Virus record (IMG/VR): IMGVR_UViG_3300045988_036280
Coordinates: 1 to 22,262 of that record
Source of the DNA: a virus
Lineage: Duplodnaviria > Heunggongvirae > Uroviricota > Caudoviricetes
DNA length: 22,262 bases
Reading direction: 5' to 3' (one strand)
The position numbers were made by a program, and so were the translations under genes. The notes below the pieces were generated by a model, which saw only the letters and a list, made by a program, of their open reading frames with translations, was not told the origin of the DNA and searched no databases. The first letter of the stretch is position 1. Each line of letters begins with the position of its first letter. Below, one piece after another: positions 10,326-19,520 of this stretch.

Positions 10326-11173
10326 TGGCTGATTCGAATCTCAATGAGCCGGTAATCATTCAGGCTACACGACTCGACACATCAGTCCTTCCGCGTAATA
10401 TCTTCTCGCAGTCATATCTGCTGTACGTTATTGCACAGGGTACTGATGTTGGTAATGTGGCTAACAAGGCCAACGAGGCCGGACAGGGCGCTTATGATGC
10501 ACAAGTCAGGAACGATGAGCAGGATGTGATTCTCGCTGACCATGAGCAGCGAATTTCTGCTGCGGAAGCAACGCTTGTTAATCATGAGGAGCGAATCAGC
10601 CAGGCAGAATCAACTCTTCAGGAACATGAAACACGAATAGCTCAGAATGAAAGCGATATTGCCTCGCTTGATACCAGAGTTCAGTCGCTGGAATCGCAGG
10701 TTTCAGACCATGAAACGCGCATCGATGCTCTGGAGTATGCCACTACTCGCAAAAAGTCAGAGGTTGTTTACTCTGGCGTATCTGTAACCATCCCGACATC
10801 GCCGACCAACCTTGTTAGCCTGCTGAAAACGCTCACTCCGTCATCCGGCACGTTGGCACCGTTCTTCGACACCGTTAACAACAAGATGGTTGTGTTCAAC
10901 GAGAACAAAACCTTGTTCTTCAAGTTGTCGATCGTCGGGACGTGGCCCAGCGGAACAGCCAACAGATCAATGCAGTTAACCTTTTCCGGCTCTGTTCCTG
11001 ACACACTGGTCAGCAGTCGCAATGCGGCGACAACAACCGACAACATCCTGTTAGCTACGTTCTTCAGCGTGGATAAAGACGGCTTTCTTGCCACAAATGG
11101 CAGTACGTTAACCATTCAGTCAAATGGTGCGACGTTTACTGCCACAACCATCAAGATAATCGCGGAGCAGTAA
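10325..11173 (+). CDS. 26: Tail needle, gp26-like N-terminus and coiled coil with a long Sf6-type C-terminal extension (282 aa)
   Basis: N-terminus [43 protein letters not shown] matches P22 gp26; heptad repeats (HEQRISAAE / HEERISQAE / HETRIAQNE / HETRIDALE); about 50 aa longer than P22 gp26 (233 aa as recalled) with a beta-rich tail. Confidence 0.85.
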   Translation: MADSNLNEPVIIQATRLDTSVLPRNIFSQSYLLYVIAQGTDVGNVANKANEAGQGAYDAQVRNDEQDVILADHEQRISAAEATLVNHEERISQAESTLQEHETRIAQNESDIASLDTRVQSLESQVSDHETRIDALEYATTRKKSEVVYSGVSVTIPTSPTNLVSLLKTLTPSSGTLAPFFDTVNNKMVVFNENKTLFFKLSIVGTWPSGTANRSMQLTFSGSVPDTLVSSRNAATTTDNILLATFFSVDKDGFLATNGSTLTIQSNGATFTATTIKIIAEQ

Positions 11174-11628
11174 TGATTCAGTTCAAACCAACGCGAAACA
11201 TCGACCTGATCGAAGCAGTCGGAAATCACCCTGACATTATCGCCGGTAGTAACAACGGTGATGGATACGACTACAAGCCTGAATGCCGTTACTTTGAGGT
11301 GAACGTGCACGGGCAGTTCGGCGGCATTGTTTACTATCAGGAGATTCAGCCGCTGACATTCGATTGCCACGCCATGTACCTGCCAGAGATTCGCGGCTTC
11401 AGCAAGGAAATCGGGCTGGCTTTCTGGCGATACATTCTGACTAACACCACCGTTCAGTGCGTCACATCGTTCGCCGCACGCAAATTCCGCCACGGGCAGA
11501 TTTACTGCGCAATGATTGGCCTTAAGCGTGTCGGAACCATCAAGAAATACTTTAAAGGCGTGGATGACGTGACTTTTTACAGCGCCACACGCGAAGAACT
11601 AATCGACTTCCTGAATCACGGGAGATAG
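11173..11628 (+). CDS. 14: gp14-like protein (151 aa)
   Basis: Conserved position between tail needle and gp7 in P22-like phages; start overlaps the preceding stop. Confidence 0.7.
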   Translation: MIQFKPTRNIDLIEAVGNHPDIIAGSNNGDGYDYKPECRYFEVNVHGQFGGIVYYQEIQPLTFDCHAMYLPEIRGFSKEIGLAFWRYILTNTTVQCVTSFAARKFRHGQIYCAMIGLKRVGTIKKYFKGVDDVTFYSATREELIDFLNHGR

Positions 11629-11630
11629 CC

Positions 11631-12323
11631 ATGTTATATGCATTTAAGCTGGGCAGAAAACTGCGCGGCGAGGAACCTTGGTGCCATGAAAAAGGCGGGA
11701 AAGGTGGTAGCTCTGATAAAAGCGCAAAGTATGCAGCAGAAGCCCAGAAGTATGCCGCAGACCTGCAAAATCAGCAGTGGCAGACGATCATGAAAAACCT
11801 TGCTCCGTTCACGCCGCTTGCGGAGCAGTATGTTAACCAGCTTCAGAACCTTTCCAGTTTAGAAGGTCAGGGGCAGGCACTTAATCAGTATTACAACTCT
11901 CAGCAGTATAAAGACCTTGCAGGTCAGGCTCGTTACCAGAGTCTTGCTGCTGCGGAGGCTACGGGAGGACTTGGTTCGACAGCCACAAGCAATCAACTGG
12001 CTACGATCGCGCCGACTCTCGGTCAGTCTTGGTTATCAAACCAGATGAGCAATTACAACAATCTGGCAAACGTTGGGCTTGGTGCTCTGCAAGGTCAGGC
12101 AAACGCCGGGCAGACGTACGCCAACAACATGAGCAGCATTGCACAGCAAAGCGCAGCTCTTGCCGCTGCTAATGCCAACAAACCATCAAGTCTTCAGACA
12201 GCAATTAGCGGCGGAACGTCCGGTGCGATTGCCGGTGCAGGTCTTGCCAGCATTTTGGGAACATCAACGCCTTGGGGCGCTGGCATTGGTGCTGGTATCG
12301 GATTGCTTGGCTCGTTGTTTTAA
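11631..12323 (+). CDS. 7: Ejection protein gp7-like (230 aa)
   Basis: Position and length match P22 gp7; Q/A/G-rich low-complexity product with a hydrophobic C-terminus. Confidence 0.8.
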   Translation: MLYAFKLGRKLRGEEPWCHEKGGKGGSSDKSAKYAAEAQKYAADLQNQQWQTIMKNLAPFTPLAEQYVNQLQNLSSLEGQGQALNQYYNSQQYKDLAGQARYQSLAAAEATGGLGSTATSNQLATIAPTLGQSWLSNQMSNYNNLANVGLGALQGQANAGQTYANNMSSIAQQSAALAAANANKPSSLQTAISGGTSGAIAGAGLASILGTSTPWGAGIGAGIGLLGSLF

Positions 12324-12332
12324 GGGGTAATC

Positions 12333-13721
12333 ATGGCTACTTGGCAAGGAACAAACGGCGGATTGTTGGCTGGTATCGGCGGCGTCAACTCAAACGCTCC
12401 GAGCGTAAATGACATCGGCAATACGCTTCAGCTTATCAGGCAGAACAATGATATTGAGCGTTCAGGCGCTAACAATGTTGGGCTGACTGCTTTGCAAGGC
12501 CTTTCAGGTATTGCGGGGGTGTTTCAGCAGGAAAAGCAGGCTCAGCGGCAGAAAGAATTTCAGCAGGCATACGCTAATGCTTATGCTTCTGGTGATCGCG
12601 GAGCTTTGCGTCAGTTGGCTACTCAATATCCAGACCAGATTGAATCCGTTCGTAAAGGCATGGGATTCATTGATGAAGATCAGCGTAATTCTATCGGCAC
12701 CTTAGCGGCTGGCGCACGCCTTGCGTCATCGTCTCCAGAAGCAATGCAATCATGGCTGCAAAACAACGCCAATGAGCTGGCGCGCGTCGGTGTTGACCCT
12801 AATAACGTTGCTCAGATGTATCAGCAGAATCCTTCAGGATTTGGTGAGTTTGTTGATCACCTTGGAATGGCTGCTCTTGGTCCGATTGATTACTTCAATG
12901 TTCAGGACAAGATGGCTGGTCGTGAGATTGATCGCGGAAAACTTGCAGAGACAATCCGCAGCAATCAGGCTGGCGAGGCGCTAACAGCACGAGGCCAGAA
13001 CATCACGATGCGCGGTCAGGACTTATCTGCTTCTACTGCGCGACGCGGGCAGGATTTGGCAATGCAGCGAGCGTCAACAAGAGGAACCGCTGGGAATGAT
13101 GAGCGTACAGTTCAGTTATCAGATGGCAGAACTGTAACGGTAGGCGGGAAACTTCACGGAGCTGGGGCTAATGCGTTCTACGAAGGCATCGACAACGAGG
13201 GGAATATGGTTCGCGTTCCTGCCAGTTCAATCGCAGCTCCTGCAACATCGTCTGCATCAGCACAAAACTATGCCATGAAGAAGGATATCGACGCGATCGC
13301 AAATGCAGACGCTTCTGCTCTCGATTTCATGACAGGAATGACAGGCGGTGCAGGTAATCCAGCAATTGGTGCTGATGTTCGCAGCCGATTAACAGGAAAA
13401 GAGCAGCGCCAGTTATATAACTCAGCACAACGTATTCAGGGCAGAATGCAGAATCAGGGGGTGGCGGCAGCAAGGGACATGGGTGCCAGTGGTATTAACA
13501 CCGTTGCAGAAGCGAAGATGTATTTTCAGGGGATGCCGCAGGTTGACTATTCAAGCCCGGAGGCTATGCAGCAGTCTATTCGTGAGATTCAGGAATACAC
13601 CAACAATTACAACCAACAATATAACGTTAATGTTGGTAAATCTCAGCGGCAGCAATCTCAACCTGCACAGGTATCACAGCCAGCAGCCAGCAGTAACTTT
13701 TCTTCACTATGGGGTGATTAA
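12333..13721 (+). CDS. 20: Ejection protein gp20-like (462 aa)
   Basis: Position and length match P22 gp20; AAGGGG ribosome-binding site. Confidence 0.8.
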   Translation: MATWQGTNGGLLAGIGGVNSNAPSVNDIGNTLQLIRQNNDIERSGANNVGLTALQGLSGIAGVFQQEKQAQRQKEFQQAYANAYASGDRGALRQLATQYPDQIESVRKGMGFIDEDQRNSIGTLAAGARLASSSPEAMQSWLQNNANELARVGVDPNNVAQMYQQNPSGFGEFVDHLGMAALGPIDYFNVQDKMAGREIDRGKLAETIRSNQAGEALTARGQNITMRGQDLSASTARRGQDLAMQRASTRGTAGNDERTVQLSDGRTVTVGGKLHGAGANAFYEGIDNEGNMVRVPASSIAAPATSSASAQNYAMKKDIDAIANADASALDFMTGMTGGAGNPAIGADVRSRLTGKEQRQLYNSAQRIQGRMQNQGVAAARDMGASGINTVAEAKMYFQGMPQVDYSSPEAMQQSIREIQEYTNNYNQQYNVNVGKSQRQQSQPAQVSQPAASSNFSSLWGD

Positions 13722-15718
13722 TGGCTAAAGCATGGAAAGATGTTATCGCCTCTCCACAGTATCAGGCGTTAGCACCAGAACAAAAAGCGCAGGCTCAGGA
13801 GCAATACTTCAATGAAGTCGTGGCCCCGCAAGCCGGAGAAAATGCAGAGCAGGCTAAGCAAGCTTTCTATGCTGCCTATCCATTGCCATCTGTGCAGCAA
13901 GTGGAGACACAGCAACCAGTAGCACAGCAACAACCACAGCAAAGTGGATTTATGTCTGATCTTGGCGAAGCAGTAAAAGAGACTGGTCGCGGACTGGTGC
14001 AGGCTGGCGTGAACGTGGCAAACATACCTGCATCAGTTGCCGATGCTGTAACAAGCGCGGCGGCTTGGGCTGGCGGTAAACTCGGCATTGGCGATGGTAC
14101 ATATCAACCAGCGCCACGAGTAACAACGCAGGGATTAGAGCAGGACTTTGGCCTTCAGCAAGGCGCGCTGACTCCACAAACGACAGAGGGAAGGGTATTT
14201 GCTGAAGCATTGCCTTACCTCACTACTGCTGGCGTTGAGAGAGCGGCAGCACAGGCACCAACACTTGCTGGTCGAATTGCTCAGGGGGCAACTCGCCTTC
14301 TAGCAGAAAACGCAGTTGGATCACTTGCTGCAAATAGTGCGAAAGATGATGCGGAAGCACTCGCCACCGATTTAGGCGTTGGTGTACTTGCTGGCGGTGC
14401 TATTAACGCTGCTGGACGTGGATTAGGTGCTGCTTATCGTGGCGTTCGTGGTGCTATCGCACCAGAAGCGCAACAGGCTATCAGATTTGCAGAGCGTGAA
14501 GGAGTTCCTCTGCACACCACAGACCTGTTACAACCAACTTCCCGCGTCGGAAAAATGGCGCAGACTACAGCAGAAAATATCCCTCTGGCTGGAACAAGCG
14601 GAATGAGAGCAACGCAACAGGAAGCGAGAAGCCAGTTGGTGCAGAGATTTGCTGATAAATTCGGGGAGTATGATCCAGCGGTTGTTATTGACAGCCTTAA
14701 AGCGAAAACATCAGGAATTCGTCGTGCCGCCGGTAATCGACTGGAGCAGGTTCAGAATGCTATGGCTGGAGTAAACATTCAGCCTGCGCGAGCAATTCAG
14801 CAGATTGATACAGAAATATCTAACCTGCAGAAGCTTGGTAAGGTGGCTGATAACGAGACAATTTCAAAACTTCAGTCATATCGTGATGAGCTTGTTCGCA
14901 ATGCTGGCCCTGAAGGTCCGGTAAATCTGGATTTGAAGCAATTAAGCGACCTGCGCAGTCAGTTCAGAATGGACGTGAAGGGTGAGCGACCAGTGTTACC
15001 AAACCGTTCCGATGCTGCCATTCAGCGCGTTTACAAGGCGATGACCGACGATATCAATGGTGCCATTGGTCAGAATCTTGGCAACGATACTCTCCGTAAA
15101 TATCAGCAGGCCAATGCCGTCTACGCTGACGAAGCGGCGAAACTAAAGAATACCAGGCTGAAGAATGTTCTCATGAAAGGCGACCTGACGCCGGAAGTTG
15201 TCAACAACATGCTATTCAGCAAGAACAAATCGGAAATTAAGACGCTGTATAACTCAGTTGGTCGTGTTGGCAGGGTGCAAATGCGCAATGGCATCATTGG
15301 AAAGGCGATGGAGAAATCTGGCGGATCCCCTGACCAGTTCCTTCGGCAGCTTAACATCCTGCAAAACCAGACTGGCATCACATTTAAGGGGCAGGACGCT
15401 GCTTATCTGAAAGGATTGAAAAATTACCTTCAGTCCACTCAGCAGGCAGCAAAAGCGGCAGTAACAACACCAACAGGGCAGCAAACCATCCCGTTCATTA
15501 TCGGGTATGGGACGGCAATGAACCCGGCGACAACTGGCGCAGCAGTAAGCTACGGACTTCTTACTCGCGCCTATGAGAGCGAACCATTCAGAAATGCAAT
15601 GCTCCGAATGGCAAACACCCCACGCGGATCAACAGCGTTTGAGAAAGCCATGCAGCAGGCGCAAAAGGCCATTAACGCCCTGACTCAGGGTGCCAAGTCT
15701 GATGCGTTGTCAGAATAG
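13721..15718 (+). CDS. 16: Ejection protein gp16-like (665 aa)
   Basis: ATGA overlap with the gp20 stop; last gene of the P22-type ejection-protein trio; longer than P22 gp16 (609 aa as recalled). Confidence 0.8.
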   Translation: MAKAWKDVIASPQYQALAPEQKAQAQEQYFNEVVAPQAGENAEQAKQAFYAAYPLPSVQQVETQQPVAQQQPQQSGFMSDLGEAVKETGRGLVQAGVNVANIPASVADAVTSAAAWAGGKLGIGDGTYQPAPRVTTQGLEQDFGLQQGALTPQTTEGRVFAEALPYLTTAGVERAAAQAPTLAGRIAQGATRLLAENAVGSLAANSAKDDAEALATDLGVGVLAGGAINAAGRGLGAAYRGVRGAIAPEAQQAIRFAEREGVPLHTTDLLQPTSRVGKMAQTTAENIPLAGTSGMRATQQEARSQLVQRFADKFGEYDPAVVIDSLKAKTSGIRRAAGNRLEQVQNAMAGVNIQPARAIQQIDTEISNLQKLGKVADNETISKLQSYRDELVRNAGPEGPVNLDLKQLSDLRSQFRMDVKGERPVLPNRSDAAIQRVYKAMTDDINGAIGQNLGNDTLRKYQQANAVYADEAAKLKNTRLKNVLMKGDLTPEVVNNMLFSKNKSEIKTLYNSVGRVGRVQMRNGIIGKAMEKSGGSPDQFLRQLNILQNQTGITFKGQDAAYLKGLKNYLQSTQQAAKAAVTTPTGQQTIPFIIGYGTAMNPATTGAAVSYGLLTRAYESEPFRNAMLRMANTPRGSTAFEKAMQQAQKAINALTQGAKSDALSE

Positions 15719-15787
15719 CTTCGCAAACACCAGGAACGTGCAAAAACCAAATATGTAGAACGCAATATTCAGCATATCTCTTTGCAT
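15710..15787 (-). CDS. Candidate 25 aa hydrophobic micro-protein (MQRDMLNIAFYIFGFCTFLVFAKLF) downstream of mnt
   Basis: Below the ORF-track length cutoff; found by hand translation. GGAGGA Shine-Dalgarno 3 nt before the ATG; single predicted transmembrane helix; co-directional with mnt; occupies the position of sieA in P22. Confidence 0.2.
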   Translation of the reverse strand: MQRDMLNIAFYIFGFCTFLVFAKLF

Positions 15788-15807
15788 AAATCCTCCGTAA
15801 CTGATGG

Positions 15808-16101
15808 TTAGCTGCTGTCTTTTTTATATAGCTCTTTGAGCGTATCAAAGACAATTTTCTTAACCATATCGGATTGTTGTTCTGCCATACGCTCTGCATC
15901 GTCAATGTAAACTGATGCAGAGTTTTGTTTATCCAGTGATTCTTCAATCGCTGCAATTATCTCTGAGTTCAGAGACCTGTTATTCATCTTCGCACGCTGC
16001 TTAATTTTCGCGTGGAGTTCATGCGGAAGTCTCAAGTGAAACTGCGCCTCGTCGTATTTGCTGTACATCCTTGATGCCTCACCAATTGGGTGGAATGGCA
16101 T
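15808..16101 (-). CDS. mnt: Mnt-like ribbon-helix-helix repressor (97 aa; alternative start at 16068 gives 86 aa)
   Basis: C-terminal DDAERMAEQQSDMVKKIVFDTLKELYKK aligns with P22 Mnt NDAERLADEQSELVKKMVFDTLKDLYKK; N-terminal region aligns with the Mnt DNA-binding strand. Confidence 0.8.
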   Translation of the reverse strand: MPFHPIGEASRMYSKYDEAQFHLRLPHELHAKIKQRAKMNNRSLNSEIIAAIEESLDKQNSASVYIDDAERMAEQQSDMVKKIVFDTLKELYKKDSS

Positions 16102-16189
16102 CGTAACTTACTGGATAAATACTCAATAGTACCATTTCGGTATGCAATCACATCATGGTTGCATCATATCATTCGTCTGGAGCAATGAA
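16102..16189. promoter_or_regulatory. Divergent mnt-tailspike intergenic control region with a candidate operator palindrome
   Basis: Inverted repeat ATGCAA-N11-TTGCAT at 16142-16164 and a smaller TACC-N5-GGTA; position corresponds to the Pant/Pmnt/Omnt region of P22 immI. Confidence 0.3.
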
Positions 16190-18007
16190 ATGTCAGATAT
16201 CACCGCAAATATTGTGGTAAGCATGCCTTCGCAACTCTTCACTATGGCGCGTTCTTTTAAAGCCGTAGCCAATGGCAAAATTTATATCGGAAAAATTGAC
16301 ACTGACCCGGTAAATACTGAAAACCAGATTCAGGTTTATGTAGAGAATGAAGACGGATCTCACGTCCCTGTTTCTCAGCCAATTGTGATCAATGCTGCCG
16401 GATATCCTGTGTACAACGGGCAGATTGCCAAATTTGTAACTGAGCAAGGCCATTCAATGGCTGTATACGATGCGTATGGTGCGCAGCAGTTCTATTTTCC
16501 TAATGTGTTGAAGTACGACCCTGACCAGGGAATTATCAGGTTAAAAGAAGAAATTGCGAAAGATGATGGAGAGAAATATATCGGAATATGCCCTGACGTT
16601 TCTACGCTCAGAACAATTGAGCCATCATTCGTCGGGCAAAATATAACTGTTCGTGGATACTACTCTGACACACCCGGGCTTGGGGGAGGAACGTTTATAG
16701 CCTTTTCCAGTTCTGAAGCTGACGATGGTGTGAATATTTTTGTTACCCCCGGAGGTAAGCGATGGAAGAGAGCAGGAAGCCACATCGATATTCCGGTAGA
16801 GAACGGTGGCATGATGACATCATGTACGGCTGAGCAAAACAGTGAAGCCTTTGAACGCCTGACTGCATGCCTTCCATATGAAGGAGGTACGCTCAGACTC
16901 AATGGATTTTACGATATTAAGTATGGCGCTATCGTGCCTCCACGTGTCACGCTGGAGGGGTGCGGTATGGATTCCTGTGGATTAATTAAAACAGGTAACG
17001 ATATTAAAACCGTTCCGGATCGCATGTGGCAGGGTGTACCACACAGCTTCTCCAAAGACTTTATTGTTGCGGTAGATATGGATAGTGACACATCAGGTGA
17101 TTTAAGCGGGACACAAACAAGAAGCACCAGAATAATTGGATTGAGTATTCTAAATACTGCGCCCAATCCTTGTGATTACGGGGTATATAGCGCTATCAGT
17201 TACAATGTGCGCCTTCAGGACCTGTATATTCATAGGGTGAAAACCGGTTATCGCACTAGTGATAGTTGGTTGCAGACATGGGAAAACATTACTATTCAGG
17301 ATGTCGTTACTGGAGTTAAAATCGAAGCAGGTGGAACTACATATAATTTAAACAATATTTATGTGAAAACATGTTCAGGTGTTGGATTCGATCTTAAAAA
17401 TCCGACATATAGCACAATGACAGGATGTGCTGTGGATTTTGCAAATGGAACTGCATATAAATTCGTGGATTGCACCGGGATTGTGTTAGATGGTTGTGGG
17501 TGCGAAGAAATAACAGGGACACAGATATATGCTCAGGGCTCTAGAATTTGTATTAATGGTTTTAGGGGGGTAAATCCAAAGAAAGGAGATGCAGAATCTT
17601 TTATACTTGATTCATCTGTAATTAATTTAAACTCATCTTATCTTCCTGATTATGTTGGAGGTGGTACAGATAAATATACCAAGATAAATGCGGCGGTGAT
17701 AAATTCGAATAACTCTATATTTCCTGACCATGTAAACAATAAAATTACATGGGGCAGTGTTCAATCCATAATGAATATTCATGATGAAAGAGGTGGATAC
17801 TCAGTAACAGGAAATTCAACGTATACTGTTCTTGGGAGGGTTGAGGGAGGGGTGATTACAATACTCTCTCTACTGCCACCTACGGGAGATGCTAATTTTT
17901 ACCCAATTGGAACAAGGTGGGAGTTACTGTATCCATCGGCTGTAGGTCCGTACAAATGGATTTTGTTAGGGGATAAAATTTGGCATGTTGCAGGATCAAC
18001 ATCGTAA
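16190..18007 (+). CDS. 9: Tailspike: P22 gp9-like head-binding domain joined to an unrelated receptor-binding domain (605 aa)
   Basis: From the ATG at 16190, [42 protein letters not shown]...VLKYDPDQ matches the P22 gp9 N-terminus; beyond about residue 115 the sequence is unrelated and AT-rich. Confidence 0.9.
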   Translation: MSDITANIVVSMPSQLFTMARSFKAVANGKIYIGKIDTDPVNTENQIQVYVENEDGSHVPVSQPIVINAAGYPVYNGQIAKFVTEQGHSMAVYDAYGAQQFYFPNVLKYDPDQGIIRLKEEIAKDDGEKYIGICPDVSTLRTIEPSFVGQNITVRGYYSDTPGLGGGTFIAFSSSEADDGVNIFVTPGGKRWKRAGSHIDIPVENGGMMTSCTAEQNSEAFERLTACLPYEGGTLRLNGFYDIKYGAIVPPRVTLEGCGMDSCGLIKTGNDIKTVPDRMWQGVPHSFSKDFIVAVDMDSDTSGDLSGTQTRSTRIIGLSILNTAPNPCDYGVYSAISYNVRLQDLYIHRVKTGYRTSDSWLQTWENITIQDVVTGVKIEAGGTTYNLNNIYVKTCSGVGFDLKNPTYSTMTGCAVDFANGTAYKFVDCTGIVLDGCGCEEITGTQIYAQGSRICINGFRGVNPKKGDAESFILDSSVINLNSSYLPDYVGGGTDKYTKINAAVINSNNSIFPDHVNNKITWGSVQSIMNIHDERGGYSVTGNSTYTVLGRVEGGVITILSLLPPTGDANFYPIGTRWELLYPSAVGPYKWILLGDKIWHVAGSTS

Positions 18008-18014
18008 AAATTAA

Positions 18015-18042
18015 TTGCCAAATTAAAATATACAGCTATTAT
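18015..18042 (+). promoter_or_regulatory. Candidate sigma70 promoter for the acetyltransferase gene (TTGCCA, 16 nt spacer, TATTAT)
   Basis: -35 at 18015-18020 and -10 at 18037-18042, in the tailspike-oac intergenic region. Confidence 0.35.
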
Positions 18043-18063
18043 TTTGCACAATACTATGCATAG

Positions 18064-19047
18064 GTGCAAAAAATGGATGAGAAAGTAATCAATATTAGGG
18101 CCGTGGCTGCTATTATGGTTGTAGTTCTTCATGTTAATTCACAGTATTTTCATGATGTTACAAGCTACTGGACTGTTTTCGCTTTGATTGGTTCAGCAAT
18201 GCGGCCCTGCGTGCCTATTTTTATAATGATTTCAGGGTATTTATTGATAGGAAGAGTTGGCAGTTCAATTGATTTTATGAAGAGAAGAATATCAAGACTT
18301 CTTCCTCCAATATTATTTTGGGGGGTGTTTTATGTTTTTTTTGTATCAGTTGTTGGAAACGCACAAGTTTCAATAAATTCACTCATATCAATATTAATTG
18401 ATCCTCCAATGTTTCATTTATGGTATCTTTATTTGATTGTTGGCGTTTATCTCATGATGCCTATTTTATCCTCTTGGTATTTGTCGGCGTCATTTGGTGA
18501 TAAGATTTTTTATATTTCGCTTTGGTTTGCATGCCTGCTTGTTGCTCAGTTTGGTCTTGGTGTTGAAATTATAAATAGATATTATCTTGGTCAATTTTCA
18601 ACATACTCGTTTTATTTAATAGTGGGTGCTTTTGTTAAGGAGGTTTCATTTAAGTGCAATGTAAGATGGTCTGTTCCGAGCATGGTTTATATTCTAATTA
18701 CATTACTAATAACAACTCTTACGATTTATGACTGTTATAATAATGGAGCGCCGTCAGAGAAGTACTATGAATACACAAATCCAATGGTTGTTCTTCAATC
18801 AATATTTTTATTCATGGCGTTAATTAAGCTTAATAAATCAAATTGGTTTACAAAAGTTGTTTCAAATTATTCACTTGGAGTTTATTGTGTTCATGTTGCG
18901 ATAATATTACTAATATTCCCTACAATAAAGACAACAATAGATAATGCATTCATTTCATACTTTGCATCTATTTCTTTAGTTCTGATCTCATCAGTTATAA
19001 TTAGCTCAATTATCAGATTGGTTCCTTTTATAAAAAGTGCATCGTGA
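18064..19047 (+). CDS. oac: Acyltransferase family 3 integral membrane protein, O-antigen acetyltransferase (Oac-like), about 325 aa
   Basis: Many predicted transmembrane segments; N-terminal IRAVAAIMVVVLHV motif (conserved R and H of acyltransferase_3); AT-rich; sits between tailspike and attP as oac does in Sf6. Probable start is the ATG at 18073. Confidence 0.8.
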   Translation: MQKMDEKVINIRAVAAIMVVVLHVNSQYFHDVTSYWTVFALIGSAMRPCVPIFIMISGYLLIGRVGSSIDFMKRRISRLLPPILFWGVFYVFFVSVVGNAQVSINSLISILIDPPMFHLWYLYLIVGVYLMMPILSSWYLSASFGDKIFYISLWFACLLVAQFGLGVEIINRYYLGQFSTYSFYLIVGAFVKEVSFKCNVRWSVPSMVYILITLLITTLTIYDCYNNGAPSEKYYEYTNPMVVLQSIFLFMALIKLNKSNWFTKVVSNYSLGVYCVHVAIILLIFPTIKTTIDNAFISYFASISLVLISSVIISSIIRLVPFIKSAS

Positions 19048-19129
19048 GTGCTTTAGTTGCATGAGACAAAACTGAGACACAGAAAGCTTTGCACTGGATT
19101 GCAAGGCTTTGTGCTCTTCGATAGTGGTT

Positions 19130-19152
19130 AAGGTGGATCACTCCACCTTTTT
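19130..19152 (+). terminator. Intrinsic terminator downstream of the acetyltransferase gene
   Basis: 8 bp stem aaggtgga/tccacctt with loop tcac, followed by a T-run. Confidence 0.55.
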
Positions 19153-19243
19153 ATCAATCCAGTCCGCCCACCATTGCATCATTTCTCTGCGCTTATCGAG
19201 ATACTGAGCATGGTTGTAAATTCAGATAACCCAGTATGTTGAC

Positions 19244-19283
19244 AAAAAATTAGCGCAAGAAGACAAAAATCACCTTGCGCTAA
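19244..19283 (-). terminator. Lambda tI/sib-like hairpin (int retroregulation element and terminator for leftward transcripts)
   Basis: 10 bp inverted repeat ttagcgcaag/cttgcgctaa (19250-19259 with 19274-19283) with a 14 nt loop, followed on the minus strand by a T-run (19244-19249); matches the lambda sib region as recalled. Confidence 0.5.
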
Positions 19284-19520
19284 TGCTCTGCTACAGGTCA
19301 CTAATACTATCTAAGTAGTTGATTCATAGTGACTGGATATGTTGTGTTTTGTCGCATTATGTAGTCTATTTTTTAGACTAAAGATATTGTAATGCATTGA
19401 TATTAATGGTTTTTAATGTTTCACGTTCAGCTTTTTTATACTAAGTTGGCATTATAAAAAAGCATTGCTTATCAATTTGTTGCAACGAACAGGTCACTAT
19501 CAGTCAAAATAAAATCATTA
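19280..19520. other. attP: Lambda-type attP (P arm, 15 bp core at 19430-19444, P' arm)
   Basis: Exact lambda core GCTTTTTTATACTAA; P' arm AGTTGGCATTATAAAAAAGCATTGCTTATCAATTTGTTGCAACGAACAGGTCACTATCAGTCAAAATAAAATCATTATTTG matches lambda as recalled; arm-type sites CAGGTCACTAAT and CAGGTCACTAT; P arm slightly diverged from lambda. Confidence 0.85.

Noticed and set aside
15672-15956. 94 aa minus-strand ORF overlapping mnt and the gp16 3' end
   Set aside because: A different frame of the same strand as mnt, overlapping most of it; the Mnt frame has clear homology and this one does not.
16193-17166. Minus-strand ORFs inside the tailspike gene (16193-16453, 16660-16902, 16909-17166)
   Set aside because: Antisense to the tailspike, no translation signals; shadow ORFs.
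19048-19243. Possible tRNA or integrated-prophage attL/attR junction near the integrase
   Set aside because: No cloverleaf-compatible stems with conserved T-loop or D-loop motifs were seen. attP is intact with both arms flanking the core, so this is not a host-prophage junction.
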